IMG/VR virus record: IMGVR_UViG_3300048011_000285
Span: 7,113 to 71,112 of that record
DNA length: 64,000 bases
DNA from: a virus
Taxonomy: Duplodnaviria; Caudoviricetes
Reading direction: 5' to 3' (one strand)
This document shows positions 19,343 through 29,210 of the stretch, piece by piece. Under the pieces are notes generated by a model that saw only the letters and a program-made list of their open reading frames with translations, searched no databases and had not been told where the DNA came from. Numbering within the stretch: the stretch's first letter is position 1; each line of letters opens with the position of its first letter. The translations under genes were made by a program, and so were the position numbers.

Positions 19343-20383
19343 ATGCTAAAGAGTTTCTTTGCAACGTCCGACCGCGCTTTATATGCTTGGCTAATGCTTG
19401 CTTGGCTACTATTCATCGGTTGGTATAACGTACAAATTCTCGTATACTACAACGCATGGAACCGAGAGTTCTATGACGCAATCCAAACACTACAAGAAGA
19501 AAGATTTTGGCAACTGTTCTGGAGTTTTGATCTAGCACGGTTCATTGATTTTTTAACTTTTAATATGGATGAAACAACAACAGTTCCAAGTTTCTTAGAA
19601 ATCTTGCTTATCTATGTGCCAATGGCAACGTATGCAACATGGCAAACACAGCGTTACACATTTGCTTGGCGTGAAGCCAATACATTCTACTATCTACGCA
19701 GATGGGAAACATCGACTGCAAAGATTGAAGGTGGTTCACAGCGTATCCAAGAAGACTTAATGATTTTCGGTAAGACACTGCAATCTCTATTCACTGGCTT
19801 TGTAAACAAGATTTTCATTCTTGCTGCATTTATCCCAGTATTATGGACACTAAGTGAAGGTCTACCTATCTGGAACGGTCAAATCATTCCTGGCTTCCTA
19901 GTATGGGCTGCACTAACTATGAGTATCGGTGGCACACTATTGTCATTTTTACTAGGTATTAAACTACCAGGACTAGAATATAGAAATCAAGTTGTTGAAG
20001 CTAAGTTTCGTAAGAAGCTAGTATATTCAGAAGATGATTTCAGTGAACGTCTAACCGCAGACTTGTTCCCAATGTTTGCATCAGTTAAGCGCAACTACTA
20101 TCGTCTATTCAACTACTACATGGGCTTTGGTGTATGGCAAACAGGCTTCTCACTACTAGCAGGTAACGTTGCTATCATCGTACTAGCACCAAGTTACTTC
20201 GCACAGTTGATTACATTCGGTGTTCTTATTCAGGTGCTTAATGCATTTGGTCGAGTAGAGGGTGCTTTGACATTCTTTATCGATAGATGGACAACAATTG
20301 TTGACTTTCAGTCAGTTATCAAACGTTTGAATGAATTCAATCGTGTACTTGATGATGCTGAAAAAGAAGCAGAAGCAGCGTAA
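19343..20383 (+). CDS. SbmA/BacA-family peptide transporter
   Basis: MLKSFF start, WREA, EGGSQRIQED, LPGLEYRNQVVEAKFRKKLV..ED; multiple TM helices. Confidence 0.85.
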   Translation: MLKSFFATSDRALYAWLMLAWLLFIGWYNVQILVYYNAWNREFYDAIQTLQEERFWQLFWSFDLARFIDFLTFNMDETTTVPSFLEILLIYVPMATYATWQTQRYTFAWREANTFYYLRRWETSTAKIEGGSQRIQEDLMIFGKTLQSLFTGFVNKIFILAAFIPVLWTLSEGLPIWNGQIIPGFLVWAALTMSIGGTLLSFLLGIKLPGLEYRNQVVEAKFRKKLVYSEDDFSERLTADLFPMFASVKRNYYRLFNYYMGFGVWQTGFSLLAGNVAIIVLAPSYFAQLITFGVLIQVLNAFGRVEGALTFFIDRWTTIVDFQSVIKRLNEFNRVLDDAEKEAEAA

Positions 20384-20397
20384 AATAGATTGGACGG

Positions 20398-21618
20398 CTA
20401 CTTAGTCGTCCAATATTCTTCCCACTCTGGGAAGTAATCAAATACACGCTTTCCAAAGATTTCATCTAATCTATCAGTGTATCTACAAAAATTATCCCAT
20501 TCATCTTGATTTCGTTCTTTCGCAGATAGCATCGCTACTGTGAAATCTCCTACCTCATGAGCTGCATGTAGTTCATCATCTGGTAGTGTTGCTACAAAAT
20601 CATTCCATTCTTGCAAATATCTGTCTTTTAATTCTTGTGGTAAGTTAATTGGGTTTAACATATCAGGTCGTAATACTTCACACATACTGTATTTGTTAGG
20701 GGTCGAGAACGTCTTGAAGTCATTGTATATTTCAATTAAACGTGCGCTTTGCATATTAGATACTGTAATTACAGGGTTAATAGATGCTTGCGGTAGTCCT
20801 TCTTTAAGAGATAGAATGTTCTTAATAACTCTATCCCAATCACCGCCTTCTCTAAAGTAATTATAAAAAGATGCAGAACCATCGATACTGAACTTTAGAC
20901 TAATACTATTGTATGGTTTCAGAATATCAATAACATCATACCCTTTCCACTTGCCTGCAATAGAACCGTTACTAGTTGTAATAAGATTAATCTTATGTGC
21001 ATGAGGTGCAAACTTAATTAAACATTCATAAAATTCACGTTGAAAGAAAGGTTCACCACCGGTGATTTCTAGTTCTAAGAATTCTCCATCATCTAATTTT
21101 TCAATATATGGGATCATTGTATCTAAATCTAAGAACTGTGCATAACTCGTATCATGCTCTAAATGATTTATATCAAATGTTTTTAAATCAGGATTATTAC
21201 GTACAGTCTTTGTCCACAATGTACTGTATTCTGCACTACAATGTCTACATGCATAATTGCATACATTACTAAATCTAAACTCTACACGATGTAGCTTGTT
21301 CATCTTACCAGTAACTGAATCAACATTATCTATATACCAAGTATCTGGTTTATCGCTTAACTTAATACGATTACGATAACTAGTCGCGCCTTTGTCCTCC
21401 ATGTGCTTACAGTCATTGCATTGTGGTAATGGCCACTCACCATTACGCAACATTAATCGTTGTCTGTTAAGTTCTGGATCATTCATTACATCTTCAAACG
21501 TTTTATGTTTCTCATACGTGCCTTCAACAGCACGATAGCACATGTCAGTTCTGTTATGTTTAAAATTTAACCCTGCCATACCCATATGACATGACAATGG
21601 TTCTTTTTTCTGCGACAT
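20398..21618 (-). CDS. Radical SAM protein with N-terminal Twitch-like domain
   Basis: CNYACRHC, ITGGEPF, SIDG; N-terminal C..C..CNDC. Confidence 0.88.
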   Translation of the reverse strand: MSQKKEPLSCHMGMAGLNFKHNRTDMCYRAVEGTYEKHKTFEDVMNDPELNRQRLMLRNGEWPLPQCNDCKHMEDKGATSYRNRIKLSDKPDTWYIDNVDSVTGKMNKLHRVEFRFSNVCNYACRHCSAEYSTLWTKTVRNNPDLKTFDINHLEHDTSYAQFLDLDTMIPYIEKLDDGEFLELEITGGEPFFQREFYECLIKFAPHAHKINLITTSNGSIAGKWKGYDVIDILKPYNSISLKFSIDGSASFYNYFREGGDWDRVIKNILSLKEGLPQASINPVITVSNMQSARLIEIYNDFKTFSTPNKYSMCEVLRPDMLNPINLPQELKDRYLQEWNDFVATLPDDELHAAHEVGDFTVAMLSAKERNQDEWDNFCRYTDRLDEIFGKRVFDYFPEWEEYWTTK

Positions 21619-21733
21619 TAATACACCTCATTTATGTTCTTATATGTATTTATATACGTAGATAATCAGAGATATTAGATAAATATACGTAACGATATAT
21701 AAAATATGTTTATTTTGAGGAAGACACATAAGA

Positions 21734-22021
21734 ATGGCAAGACCAAAACCTACTATTATCTTAGAACATACTGACAACAAGACATACCGTAGTGAGCAAG
21801 TACTCAAAGCGGATGCTGTCTATGCAGTATTCTACAAGGGAGAAGCTATCAACTTGCGTTCCCTTAATTCATTAGTTAACTTCCCAGGACCGAAGTATAA
21901 GAAATGCTCCTTCTCTAATCCAGGGCACGCAATCAATTTGGCTGAACGTTTGAACGACCTATTCAAATGTGATGATTTCGAAGTTTTTATTTTAACCAAG
22001 GGTAATAAACTAGAACCCTAA
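21734..22021 (+). CDS. Conserved phage hypothetical protein
   Basis: MARPKP...GPKYKK.SFSNPGHA; GAGG RBS. Confidence 0.65.
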   Translation: MARPKPTIILEHTDNKTYRSEQVLKADAVYAVFYKGEAINLRSLNSLVNFPGPKYKKCSFSNPGHAINLAERLNDLFKCDDFEVFILTKGNKLEP

Positions 22022-22024
22022 CTT

Positions 22025-22375
22025 ATGACTAAACTAGAACTAATAAAATATTTAAACGATAACACTAAAGGCAGGAAAGCTGGCAGAAAAGAGTTTAAAA
22101 TGAATGATATCTTTATCAGTTCAACAAGAGATTCAACAAACTTTCGTTTGACCCGTTACGGTAAGGATGTAATTGAGAAACATTTTAGAGCATATAAAAT
22201 TAATCTAACAACAAAAAATGTAGAAGTAGGAGCAAAGATTATAACAATTGATCGTTATATGAATTCTCCTTACTACCTAAATAACTCTACACTCATAGTA
22301 TACGAAGAAGGTGTAGCGGCTGAGCTACTATTAATAGATGGCGACTTCGATCTTTGGGTCGAAAACAAGACTTGA
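22025..22375 (+). CDS. Hypothetical protein
   Basis: 116 aa ORF in operon. Confidence 0.6.
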   Translation: MTKLELIKYLNDNTKGRKAGRKEFKMNDIFISSTRDSTNFRLTRYGKDVIEKHFRAYKINLTTKNVEVGAKIITIDRYMNSPYYLNNSTLIVYEEGVAAELLLIDGDFDLWVENKT

Positions 22376-22406
22376 CTTTTTACAGAATATAGAGTAACAT
22401 ACATAG

Positions 22407-23669
22407 ATGACTGATAGAGGAACTAAATGTAAATACTTCTGGAACCACGTTGCACTGTTCAACGGGAAAACTGCTACCCCATGTTGTAGATATGACAGTA
22501 GTACTAAGAATGGCAAGACCCCCACTGTTGACATGAAAAAGCCATTTACTACGTTTACAGAATCTATACATTCACAAGAATGGGAAACTCTACGTGACAA
22601 TGCTGAAAAGGGAATAAAAGAACCGGGGTGTTGGAAATGTTATGCAGATGAAGAAAAAGGAAACGATTCTTTACGTCTGGTAGCAAACAGAATGTGGGAA
22701 GATGAACCTGTTGAACCGAAACTTCGGTATCTTGAAATAAATCTAGGAAATTTCTGCAATCTAGCATGTAACATTTGTTGTTCTGATAACAGTAATCTTT
22801 GGTATAAAGATGATAAAGAACTGAGTAAAACACCAGAATATCGTAGAGGAACATACCAACCAGACCACGAAAAAGGCATCAGTCTAAATTATGATGATTA
22901 TAAGAATGTAAAACTAATTAAGTTTGTTGGCGGTGAACCGATGATTCATCCAAAGTTTATAACATTATTAGACTTCTTAATCGAAAATGAATTACATAAC
23001 ACAATAGAGATACAAGTATTCACTAACGCAAGTTGGATGCCAAAAGAAAAAGTAATCTCACGTTTGAAAAAGTTCGCAGTCTCAACTATCAGTTTAAGTG
23101 TAGATGGTATAGGACAGGTAAACGACTACTCTCGTTGGCCTAGTAAATGGACAGTTGTTCATGAATCAGTAAAAGAGTGGATCAAAACATCACACGAAAA
23201 TGATAACTTCTTTGTAAGATGGGAGCCTACTATATCCATTTACAACTCTAATCATATCCCTGCAATGGTATGTTGGTGGATAGAAACCACTATGTCAGTT
23301 ACCGGGCTTCCAATGGAAGATGCGCTATACGATCCTCAATCGGACGATATTAATATTATCTTCAATAATGTACTTTGGCCATTGTACATGAAGCCCAACT
23401 TATTGCCTACTAGTGACCGGGAATGTGAAAGAATTGATAACGCTATGTCTAAGATATACAATCGCCATATAGATGTTTCAAGAGACTTTTCTAAACTTAT
23501 GTTACGCAAGCTAGAGCAGAGATTAGAACAAGCAAAAAGGTTTATTTCACCTGATACGGATAAAGAAAGTCTAGATACATTCCTCAAGTTCACAAATGAT
23601 TTGGATAAATTGAGAAATAATAACTTTGCTGAACAACTTCCCATGTTATTTTCTGCATTAAAAACTTGA
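22407..23669 (+). CDS. Radical SAM protein with N-terminal Twitch domain
   Basis: CKYFW..PCC..GCWKC, then CNLACNIC, VGGEP, SVDG. Confidence 0.88.
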   Translation: MTDRGTKCKYFWNHVALFNGKTATPCCRYDSSTKNGKTPTVDMKKPFTTFTESIHSQEWETLRDNAEKGIKEPGCWKCYADEEKGNDSLRLVANRMWEDEPVEPKLRYLEINLGNFCNLACNICCSDNSNLWYKDDKELSKTPEYRRGTYQPDHEKGISLNYDDYKNVKLIKFVGGEPMIHPKFITLLDFLIENELHNTIEIQVFTNASWMPKEKVISRLKKFAVSTISLSVDGIGQVNDYSRWPSKWTVVHESVKEWIKTSHENDNFFVRWEPTISIYNSNHIPAMVCWWIETTMSVTGLPMEDALYDPQSDDINIIFNNVLWPLYMKPNLLPTSDRECERIDNAMSKIYNRHIDVSRDFSKLMLRKLEQRLEQAKRFISPDTDKESLDTFLKFTNDLDKLRNNNFAEQLPMLFSALKT

Positions 23670-23706
23670 CAAACTAGACGAATCACACTACAGTAATTAA
23701 GTAATC
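23666..23706 (+). promoter_or_regulatory. Repeated early promoter, copy 1
   Basis: TTGACA-17(CGAATCA)-TACAGT-AATTAAGTAATCA. Confidence 0.75.
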
Positions 23707-23724
23707 AAAAAGAGGAACTTAATT

Positions 23725-23862
23725 ATGTATACTGTTGAATATGGCTACTACAACTATCCCAAAAAGACAAAAGAATTCAAAACATATGAAAGCGCAAAGA
23801 AGTTCTTCTATTATATTGGAAAGCGTAACGGTGTAAAGAAAGTAAATCTAACTGTTCGATAA
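23725..23862 (+). CDS. Small early hypothetical protein (45 aa, not in ORF track)
   Basis: GAGG RBS; MYTVEYGYYNYPKKTKEFKTYESAKKFF...; has its own promoter. Confidence 0.65.
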   Translation: MYTVEYGYYNYPKKTKEFKTYESAKKFFYYIGKRNGVKKVNLTVR

Positions 23863-23865
23863 AAC

Positions 23866-23906
23866 TTGACAAATACACAAACCATGCTATATTAATTAAG
23901 TAATCA
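23866..23906 (+). promoter_or_regulatory. Repeated early promoter, copy 2
   Basis: TTGACA-16-TATATT-AATTAAGTAATCA. Confidence 0.75.
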
Positions 23907-23923
23907 ACAAAAGAGAGAATCAC

Positions 23924-24112
23924 ATGTTTGACAATTTTTACAACGATATGATCAACTTCACTAATGAAAATGAAAACAAGAACCCAGACGGATCTGTTAA
24001 CTGGAACTTTGTTGATGCTGATATGTTTGAGAAATATCAAGTCATTCTAGATGGTGAAACATACTCTGAATACTTTAACAAAGCCGCTGATATTGTCGAA
24101 AGTGCTGTTTAA
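23924..24112 (+). CDS. Small early hypothetical protein
   Basis: 62 aa with NWNFVDAD motif; has its own promoter. Confidence 0.65.
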   Translation: MFDNFYNDMINFTNENENKNPDGSVNWNFVDADMFEKYQVILDGETYSEYFNKAADIVESAV

Positions 24113-24116
24113 AAAC

Positions 24117-24158
24117 TTGACAAATCTCGCGAATCACGCTATAGTAATTAAGTAATCA
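24117..24158 (+). promoter_or_regulatory. Repeated early promoter, copy 3
   Basis: TTGACA-17(CGAATCA)-TATAGT-AATTAAGTAATCA. Confidence 0.75.
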
Positions 24159-24174
24159 AACAAAGGAATACAAT

Positions 24175-25305
24175 ATGTCTGCAAAAGTTTCAACACACGA
24201 TATGGATGTTCGTCTAGTTCGCCCGAGTGATATTCGAACAGAAATTAACTACGCTATGAATCGTAAGCGTCCGGTCTTCATCTGGGGTCCCCCCGGTATC
24301 GGTAAATCTGAGATTGTTGATTCAATCACACAAGAGCGTTCAGGTTACATGATTGACATGCGGCTTGCTCTTATGGAACCCACTGACTTGCGTGGTATCC
24401 CAGTACCGAATATGAATACAGGCTTGATGGAATGGCTTCCGCCTGCTGACTTGCCTACTCAAGAACTTGCTGATCAATTCGAATGTGTTGTACTATTTCT
24501 TGATGAAATGAATCAAGCACCACAGTCTGTACAAGCTGCTGCGTATCAGCTAATTCTTAATCGTCGGTTGGGTAACTACAAACTTCCTGATAATGTTCTA
24601 ATCGTTGCCGCAGGCAATCGTGAAAGTGATCGTGGCGTTGCGTATCGTATGCCCAGTCCGCTTGCTAATCGTTTCGTTCACCTTGAAATGACAACTGACT
24701 TTGAAGATTGGCAGACTTGGGCTTTGCAAAACAATATAGATGCTGAGGTTGTGGGCTACGTTACTGCAAACAAAATGGATCTAATGAACTTTGATCCTCG
24801 CACTGCATCACGTGCTTTTGCTACTCCTCGTTCATGGACGTTTGTGTCACAAATGCTTCCGATGGAAGGTGAGCAAATCTCAGATAGTCGCTTGCACGAT
24901 TTGATTGCAGGTACTGTTGGTGATGGTATCGCTACTAAATTCATGGCGCACCGTGCAATCTCAGGCAAACTTCCTAATCCAACAGATATCTTGAATGGCA
25001 CTGTTAAAACATTGGGTAAAGAAGGTAGTGAAATCTCTGCGATGTTCTCACTGACTGCTTCACTTTGCTACGAACTGCGTGACTTTGTTGATCGTAATGG
25101 CAAGGACAAAATGGACGAGTTGTACAAAATGGCTGACAACTTCTTCCGTTTCATGATGGATAACTTCGAAACAGAAATGACCGTACTTGGTGGTCGTACC
25201 GCACTGAAAGTTTACAAACTCCCACTTGAGCCGCGTAAAGTTCCTTGCATCGAGGAGTTCTTTAAGAAGTATGGTAAACTAATTATCGAGGCACATAACG
25301 CTTAA
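24175..25305 (+). CDS. MoxR-like AAA+ ATPase
   Basis: Walker A GPPGIGKS, Walker B LFLDE, AAGNR, LANRF, TPRSW. Confidence 0.92.
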   Translation: MSAKVSTHDMDVRLVRPSDIRTEINYAMNRKRPVFIWGPPGIGKSEIVDSITQERSGYMIDMRLALMEPTDLRGIPVPNMNTGLMEWLPPADLPTQELADQFECVVLFLDEMNQAPQSVQAAAYQLILNRRLGNYKLPDNVLIVAAGNRESDRGVAYRMPSPLANRFVHLEMTTDFEDWQTWALQNNIDAEVVGYVTANKMDLMNFDPRTASRAFATPRSWTFVSQMLPMEGEQISDSRLHDLIAGTVGDGIATKFMAHRAISGKLPNPTDILNGTVKTLGKEGSEISAMFSLTASLCYELRDFVDRNGKDKMDELYKMADNFFRFMMDNFETEMTVLGGRTALKVYKLPLEPRKVPCIEEFFKKYGKLIIEAHNA

Positions 25306-25328
25306 TTGCAGACTAAGCGTTAGTACTG

Positions 25329-25369
25329 GAGGGAGGAGTATTGACTTCTCCCTCTTTTTATAGTATAAT
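25329..25369 (+). terminator. Rho-independent terminator overlapping a sigma70 promoter
   Basis: GAGGGAGGAGT-attg-ACTTCTCCCTC-TTTTT; TTGACT(25341)-17-TATAAT(25364). Confidence 0.75.
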
Positions 25370-25376
25370 AAGAATA

Positions 25377-26744
25377 ATGATATATCAAACATTTAAACAA
25401 ACTGCAAAAAGATTTCCAAATAAGGATGCACTTATTTGCGGTGACAAAACATACACATATTCAGAACTAGCGACTAGTGTTGATAACTTGATTGCTGTAC
25501 TTAGTACGGCATTTATGCCAAATGAGCGTGTACTATTTGCGAGTGAACGTTGGCATAACTATGTGAGAATGGTATTAGCATGTGATGCTTTAGGTGTCAC
25601 ATTTATGCCAACGTACTATGATTTACCCAAAGCAGTTATCGATGATATATCAAAAGCAAGCAAGCCGGACCATATCATTCTAAATGAAAATGATGCTATT
25701 AATCTTAAACCGCATAATAAGGGATTAGTTTGCGTTAAGGGAAAAGAATACGTTTACACTGTTCTATTCACTAGCGGTACTACAGGAGCGCCTAAGGCTG
25801 TCGCACATAGTAACAAGGCGTGTTATGATGCTTGTATTCAAAACATTGACATATTCAACATGAGTACAGACGATGTTATTTTAGCTCAACTCCCGCCGCC
25901 GACAGTAGCAGGATTATATCTATTCCCACTACCAGCACTTATGGTAGGTGCTACAGTTGTCATGGAAGCATTTAATCCGAGGCGCTTCGCAGAAATAAAT
26001 CTAACATATAAACCAACTGTTGGTATTATTGTTCCTGCTATGATTGTTGCTATGAATAGAGTGCGTAGTTGGCATGAACTTGATATGTCACATTGGCGTG
26101 AACTAAGTGTCGGTAGTACAATTATCCCAGAAGAAATGTTAAACATGTTATTTGACAAGGGTGTTCCAGTCATACGTGATTTATACGGATGCACTGAAAC
26201 TCATGTACCTCCGTTTACATATCTAATCGAACCAGATACTCAACACAAGCTACAATTAGAGTGTACTCCAAACTATCAATACAAACTTGATAGATACGGA
26301 GTTATGTGGATCAAAGGATCTCCCGTAATGATGTATTATCTTAATGATGATGCAAAGTTTGACGAGAATGGATATTGGTGCACCGGTGATGTATTTGAAC
26401 GCAGATACAATAAACTATTCTATAAATCACGGCAGAAAGATTTGATTAAAGTGAATAGTTATAATGTATCTCCAGTATCAATTGAAAATGCAATCATGGT
26501 ATTCCCAGATATAGAGGAAGTATGTGTGACGTTTCGAAGCAGGGAAATGTTGGGAGAAGTTGAGATCGTAGCATTGGTAAAGGTAGAAAAAGAGATAAAT
26601 ATAAGTGAACTACAATTATCTATCAAAGATAAATTATTCCCTTATGAAATCCCCAAAGAAATAATCATTGTTGATGAACCACTGACCAGGAATCAAATGG
26701 GGAAAATTCAACGGGAAGCTAACAGAGAGAAATTTGTAACATGA
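25377..26744 (+). CDS. AMP-dependent acyl-CoA/acyl-AMP ligase (ANL superfamily)
   Basis: FTSGTTGAPK, YGCTE, TGD, RQKDLIK, GKI. Confidence 0.9.
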   Translation: MIYQTFKQTAKRFPNKDALICGDKTYTYSELATSVDNLIAVLSTAFMPNERVLFASERWHNYVRMVLACDALGVTFMPTYYDLPKAVIDDISKASKPDHIILNENDAINLKPHNKGLVCVKGKEYVYTVLFTSGTTGAPKAVAHSNKACYDACIQNIDIFNMSTDDVILAQLPPPTVAGLYLFPLPALMVGATVVMEAFNPRRFAEINLTYKPTVGIIVPAMIVAMNRVRSWHELDMSHWRELSVGSTIIPEEMLNMLFDKGVPVIRDLYGCTETHVPPFTYLIEPDTQHKLQLECTPNYQYKLDRYGVMWIKGSPVMMYYLNDDAKFDENGYWCTGDVFERRYNKLFYKSRQKDLIKVNSYNVSPVSIENAIMVFPDIEEVCVTFRSREMLGEVEIVALVKVEKEINISELQLSIKDKLFPYEIPKEIIIVDEPLTRNQMGKIQREANREKFVT

Positions 26745-28438
26745 AATCACAGGTAAAAAAGATTATTATTTTAGGTGGTGGAGCCGCCGGATGGTTTACT
26801 GCTGGTTATCTCAAAACAAAAAATCCTGAAATTGATATTACCCTTATTGAGAGCAAGAAGATCGGTATCATTGGAGTTGGAGAATCTACAATCCCACAGT
26901 TAGGTGATTTCTTTGCAGAAATGGGTATCGAAGAACGTGATTGGATGTCCAGTACAAATTCACTATATAAACTAGGTAATAAATTTGTTGGCTGGAACAT
27001 TGAAGGTAAACGTCACCACGTATCAAATCATTGGTGGTGTTCTAAGTTTGATGAACAGTACTTTACATTTTCTTTTGCTATGCCAGAGAACCAACTAACA
27101 CGTTCATATTATCATCAAATCAAAACAGACGATTACTTCAACAATTCTAAAGGCGATCCGGGAGTAGATGATAAATGGAATGACTATTGGTTACACCTTG
27201 AACGTCAAGGTCGTAGAAACTGGTGGGAAATGTCAGAGGATATGTGCGAACAAACCTTCCTGATGGACCACAATAAAGCGCCATTTGATATGGATGACAA
27301 TCAACTAGTAGGTGATTGGCAAGCAAAGACATATCACGTAGATGCAGAACGGTTTCCAGAAGTAGTACGTGATAGAGTTGCAATACCAAAAGGTGTTAAA
27401 CACATTTGGGGGCATGTTGCTGATATTGTAAAATCAGAAGATGGATACATTGAAAAACTTGTACTAGAAGATGGCTCAGAGCATGAAGCGGACTTGTTCT
27501 GCGATGCTACAGGCTTTAACCGTATCCTGACAGGTACAATGGACAACGGTTGGCACGACTACGAGCATATCTTTACACGTGATGCTATCGTGGCGCCAGT
27601 TAAGTATAAAGACGTTAAAACAGAAATGCGTCCGTATACACAGTCGTATGCACAAGATGAAGGGTGGAATTTCATCATCACTCTATACAATCGTATGGGG
27701 TCAGGTTATATTTTTGATCGTACAGAAATTTCACCAGAAGACGCTATGGTGAAGTTTAAAAAGTATTGGGAAGGGCACGAGTTTATCAAAGAGCCACGAC
27801 ACATTTCTTGGGAGTCCGGTCGTATGGAAACTCCTTGGAATAAGAACGTTGTTGGTATCGGTATGGCAGGAGCGTTTGTTGAGCCAATGGAAGCCAACTC
27901 ATTATACGTAGCACAGGCATGTATTCAGTTAACTAACCGTATTATCAATCGTGCGAAAGAAGAAAATGCTATTATTACACCATCACAAATTCACGCATAT
28001 AACAAAAATATGAGTAAACTAGAAGACGGTATTGCTGACTTTGTTGCGTATCACTTTACACTGTCCGACCGAGAAGATACACCGTTCTGGCGTAAACAAA
28101 AACAATATGGTATTAACCATAATCACAAAGAAGCGTGTTGGGAACATTACCGTCGTCCTGTGAACTATGTAGGTAACGGCGTATACCCAGACTTTATGTG
28201 GGCCATGCTTGCTGTGTATATGAACAAGTTTGATGATAGCGTAAAACTAAACACCATCAAACCTGAACTAGTAGAAAAAGCAAATATGACTTGGGACTTC
28301 ATTCATAAGTCAAGTAAAGAGAATGGTCGTTACGCACCACACGCATATGATTGGCATCGTAAATTTTTATTCGACGGCAAATCACACGAAAAAGTATTGG
28401 AGGAAGCACTTGCTAAAATATCTAGAAACATTGTTTGA
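26741..28438 (+). CDS. Flavin-dependent tryptophan-halogenase-family protein
   Basis: GGGAAG, GVGESTIP, YKLGNKF (catalytic Lys position), DATGF, FVEPMEAN. Confidence 0.88.
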   Translation: MKSQVKKIIILGGGAAGWFTAGYLKTKNPEIDITLIESKKIGIIGVGESTIPQLGDFFAEMGIEERDWMSSTNSLYKLGNKFVGWNIEGKRHHVSNHWWCSKFDEQYFTFSFAMPENQLTRSYYHQIKTDDYFNNSKGDPGVDDKWNDYWLHLERQGRRNWWEMSEDMCEQTFLMDHNKAPFDMDDNQLVGDWQAKTYHVDAERFPEVVRDRVAIPKGVKHIWGHVADIVKSEDGYIEKLVLEDGSEHEADLFCDATGFNRILTGTMDNGWHDYEHIFTRDAIVAPVKYKDVKTEMRPYTQSYAQDEGWNFIITLYNRMGSGYIFDRTEISPEDAMVKFKKYWEGHEFIKEPRHISWESGRMETPWNKNVVGIGMAGAFVEPMEANSLYVAQACIQLTNRIINRAKEENAIITPSQIHAYNKNMSKLEDGIADFVAYHFTLSDREDTPFWRKQKQYGINHNHKEACWEHYRRPVNYVGNGVYPDFMWAMLAVYMNKFDDSVKLNTIKPELVEKANMTWDFIHKSSKENGRYAPHAYDWHRKFLFDGKSHEKVLEEALAKISRNIV

Positions 28439-29210
28439 TAAAATATCATACGAGAGAAGAATGCATATTCAGTGGTCGTTTAATGCTATTGTAACTGCAA
28501 TTGCGGTCCCATACTGTATATATACAGAACAATATGCTATTCTGGGATGGGGATTTTTGTGGGCATATCTAGTAATGTGTATCGGTGCAAATGCAGGATT
28601 CCATAGATGGGCATCGCATCATAGCTGGAAACCAAGTGAACCAATTAAATGGGTTATGATGACAATGTTTATGTTTGGATCTCCGGGATCCCCACTAGTG
28701 ACTGTTTTATTCCACAGATATCATCATAAACATAGTGACCATGAAGACGATCCGCATTCACCACATGTAATTGGTTGGTTTAGAGGTGCTACAGGTCGCT
28801 TCCAAAAGTCAGGCGGATATCTATCTTCTGGCAGAGATATGTTTAAAGAGCCAAGTGTAGTATTCTATCACAGACACTACTGGAAGTTCCAAGCCGTTAT
28901 ATATCTGTCTGCATTATTAATTGGTGGTCCTCTATTTTTTGCAATCTTTATCTGTTTCAGTGGTTTCTACAATGCAACTATTGCAGGACATATTTTAGAT
29001 GGGGTTCTATCGCATTATAAGTGGTTAGGTTATCGTTGGTTTGAAACTAAAGATCAGTCGAATAATAATCCTATCTTTGCGTGGTTGAGCGGTGGTGAAG
29101 CATGGCACAATAATCATCATGCAAGGCCCGGTAGATGGTACTTTGGACATAAGTGGTGGGAATTTGATCCTGCTGGTTTTCTAATCTGGGCGGTGTTAAA
29201 ACGTATTTAA
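28410..29210 (+). CDS. Membrane acyl-CoA/acyl-lipid desaturase (Delta9-like); start uncertain
   Basis: His boxes HRWASH, HRYHH, HNNHH; DPHSP; WWEFD. Confidence 0.9.
   Translation: MLKYLETLFDKISYERRMHIQWSFNAIVTAIAVPYCIYTEQYAILGWGFLWAYLVMCIGANAGFHRWASHHSWKPSEPIKWVMMTMFMFGSPGSPLVTVLFHRYHHKHSDHEDDPHSPHVIGWFRGATGRFQKSGGYLSSGRDMFKEPSVVFYHRHYWKFQAVIYLSALLIGGPLFFAIFICFSGFYNATIAGHILDGVLSHYKWLGYRWFETKDQSNNNPIFAWLSGGEAWHNNHHARPGRWYFGHKWWEFDPAGFLIWAVLKRI

Noticed and set aside
23666-24158. Regularly spaced repeats resembling a CRISPR array
   Set aside because: Repeats are promoters spaced 200-250 bp apart by small ORFs; no cas genes
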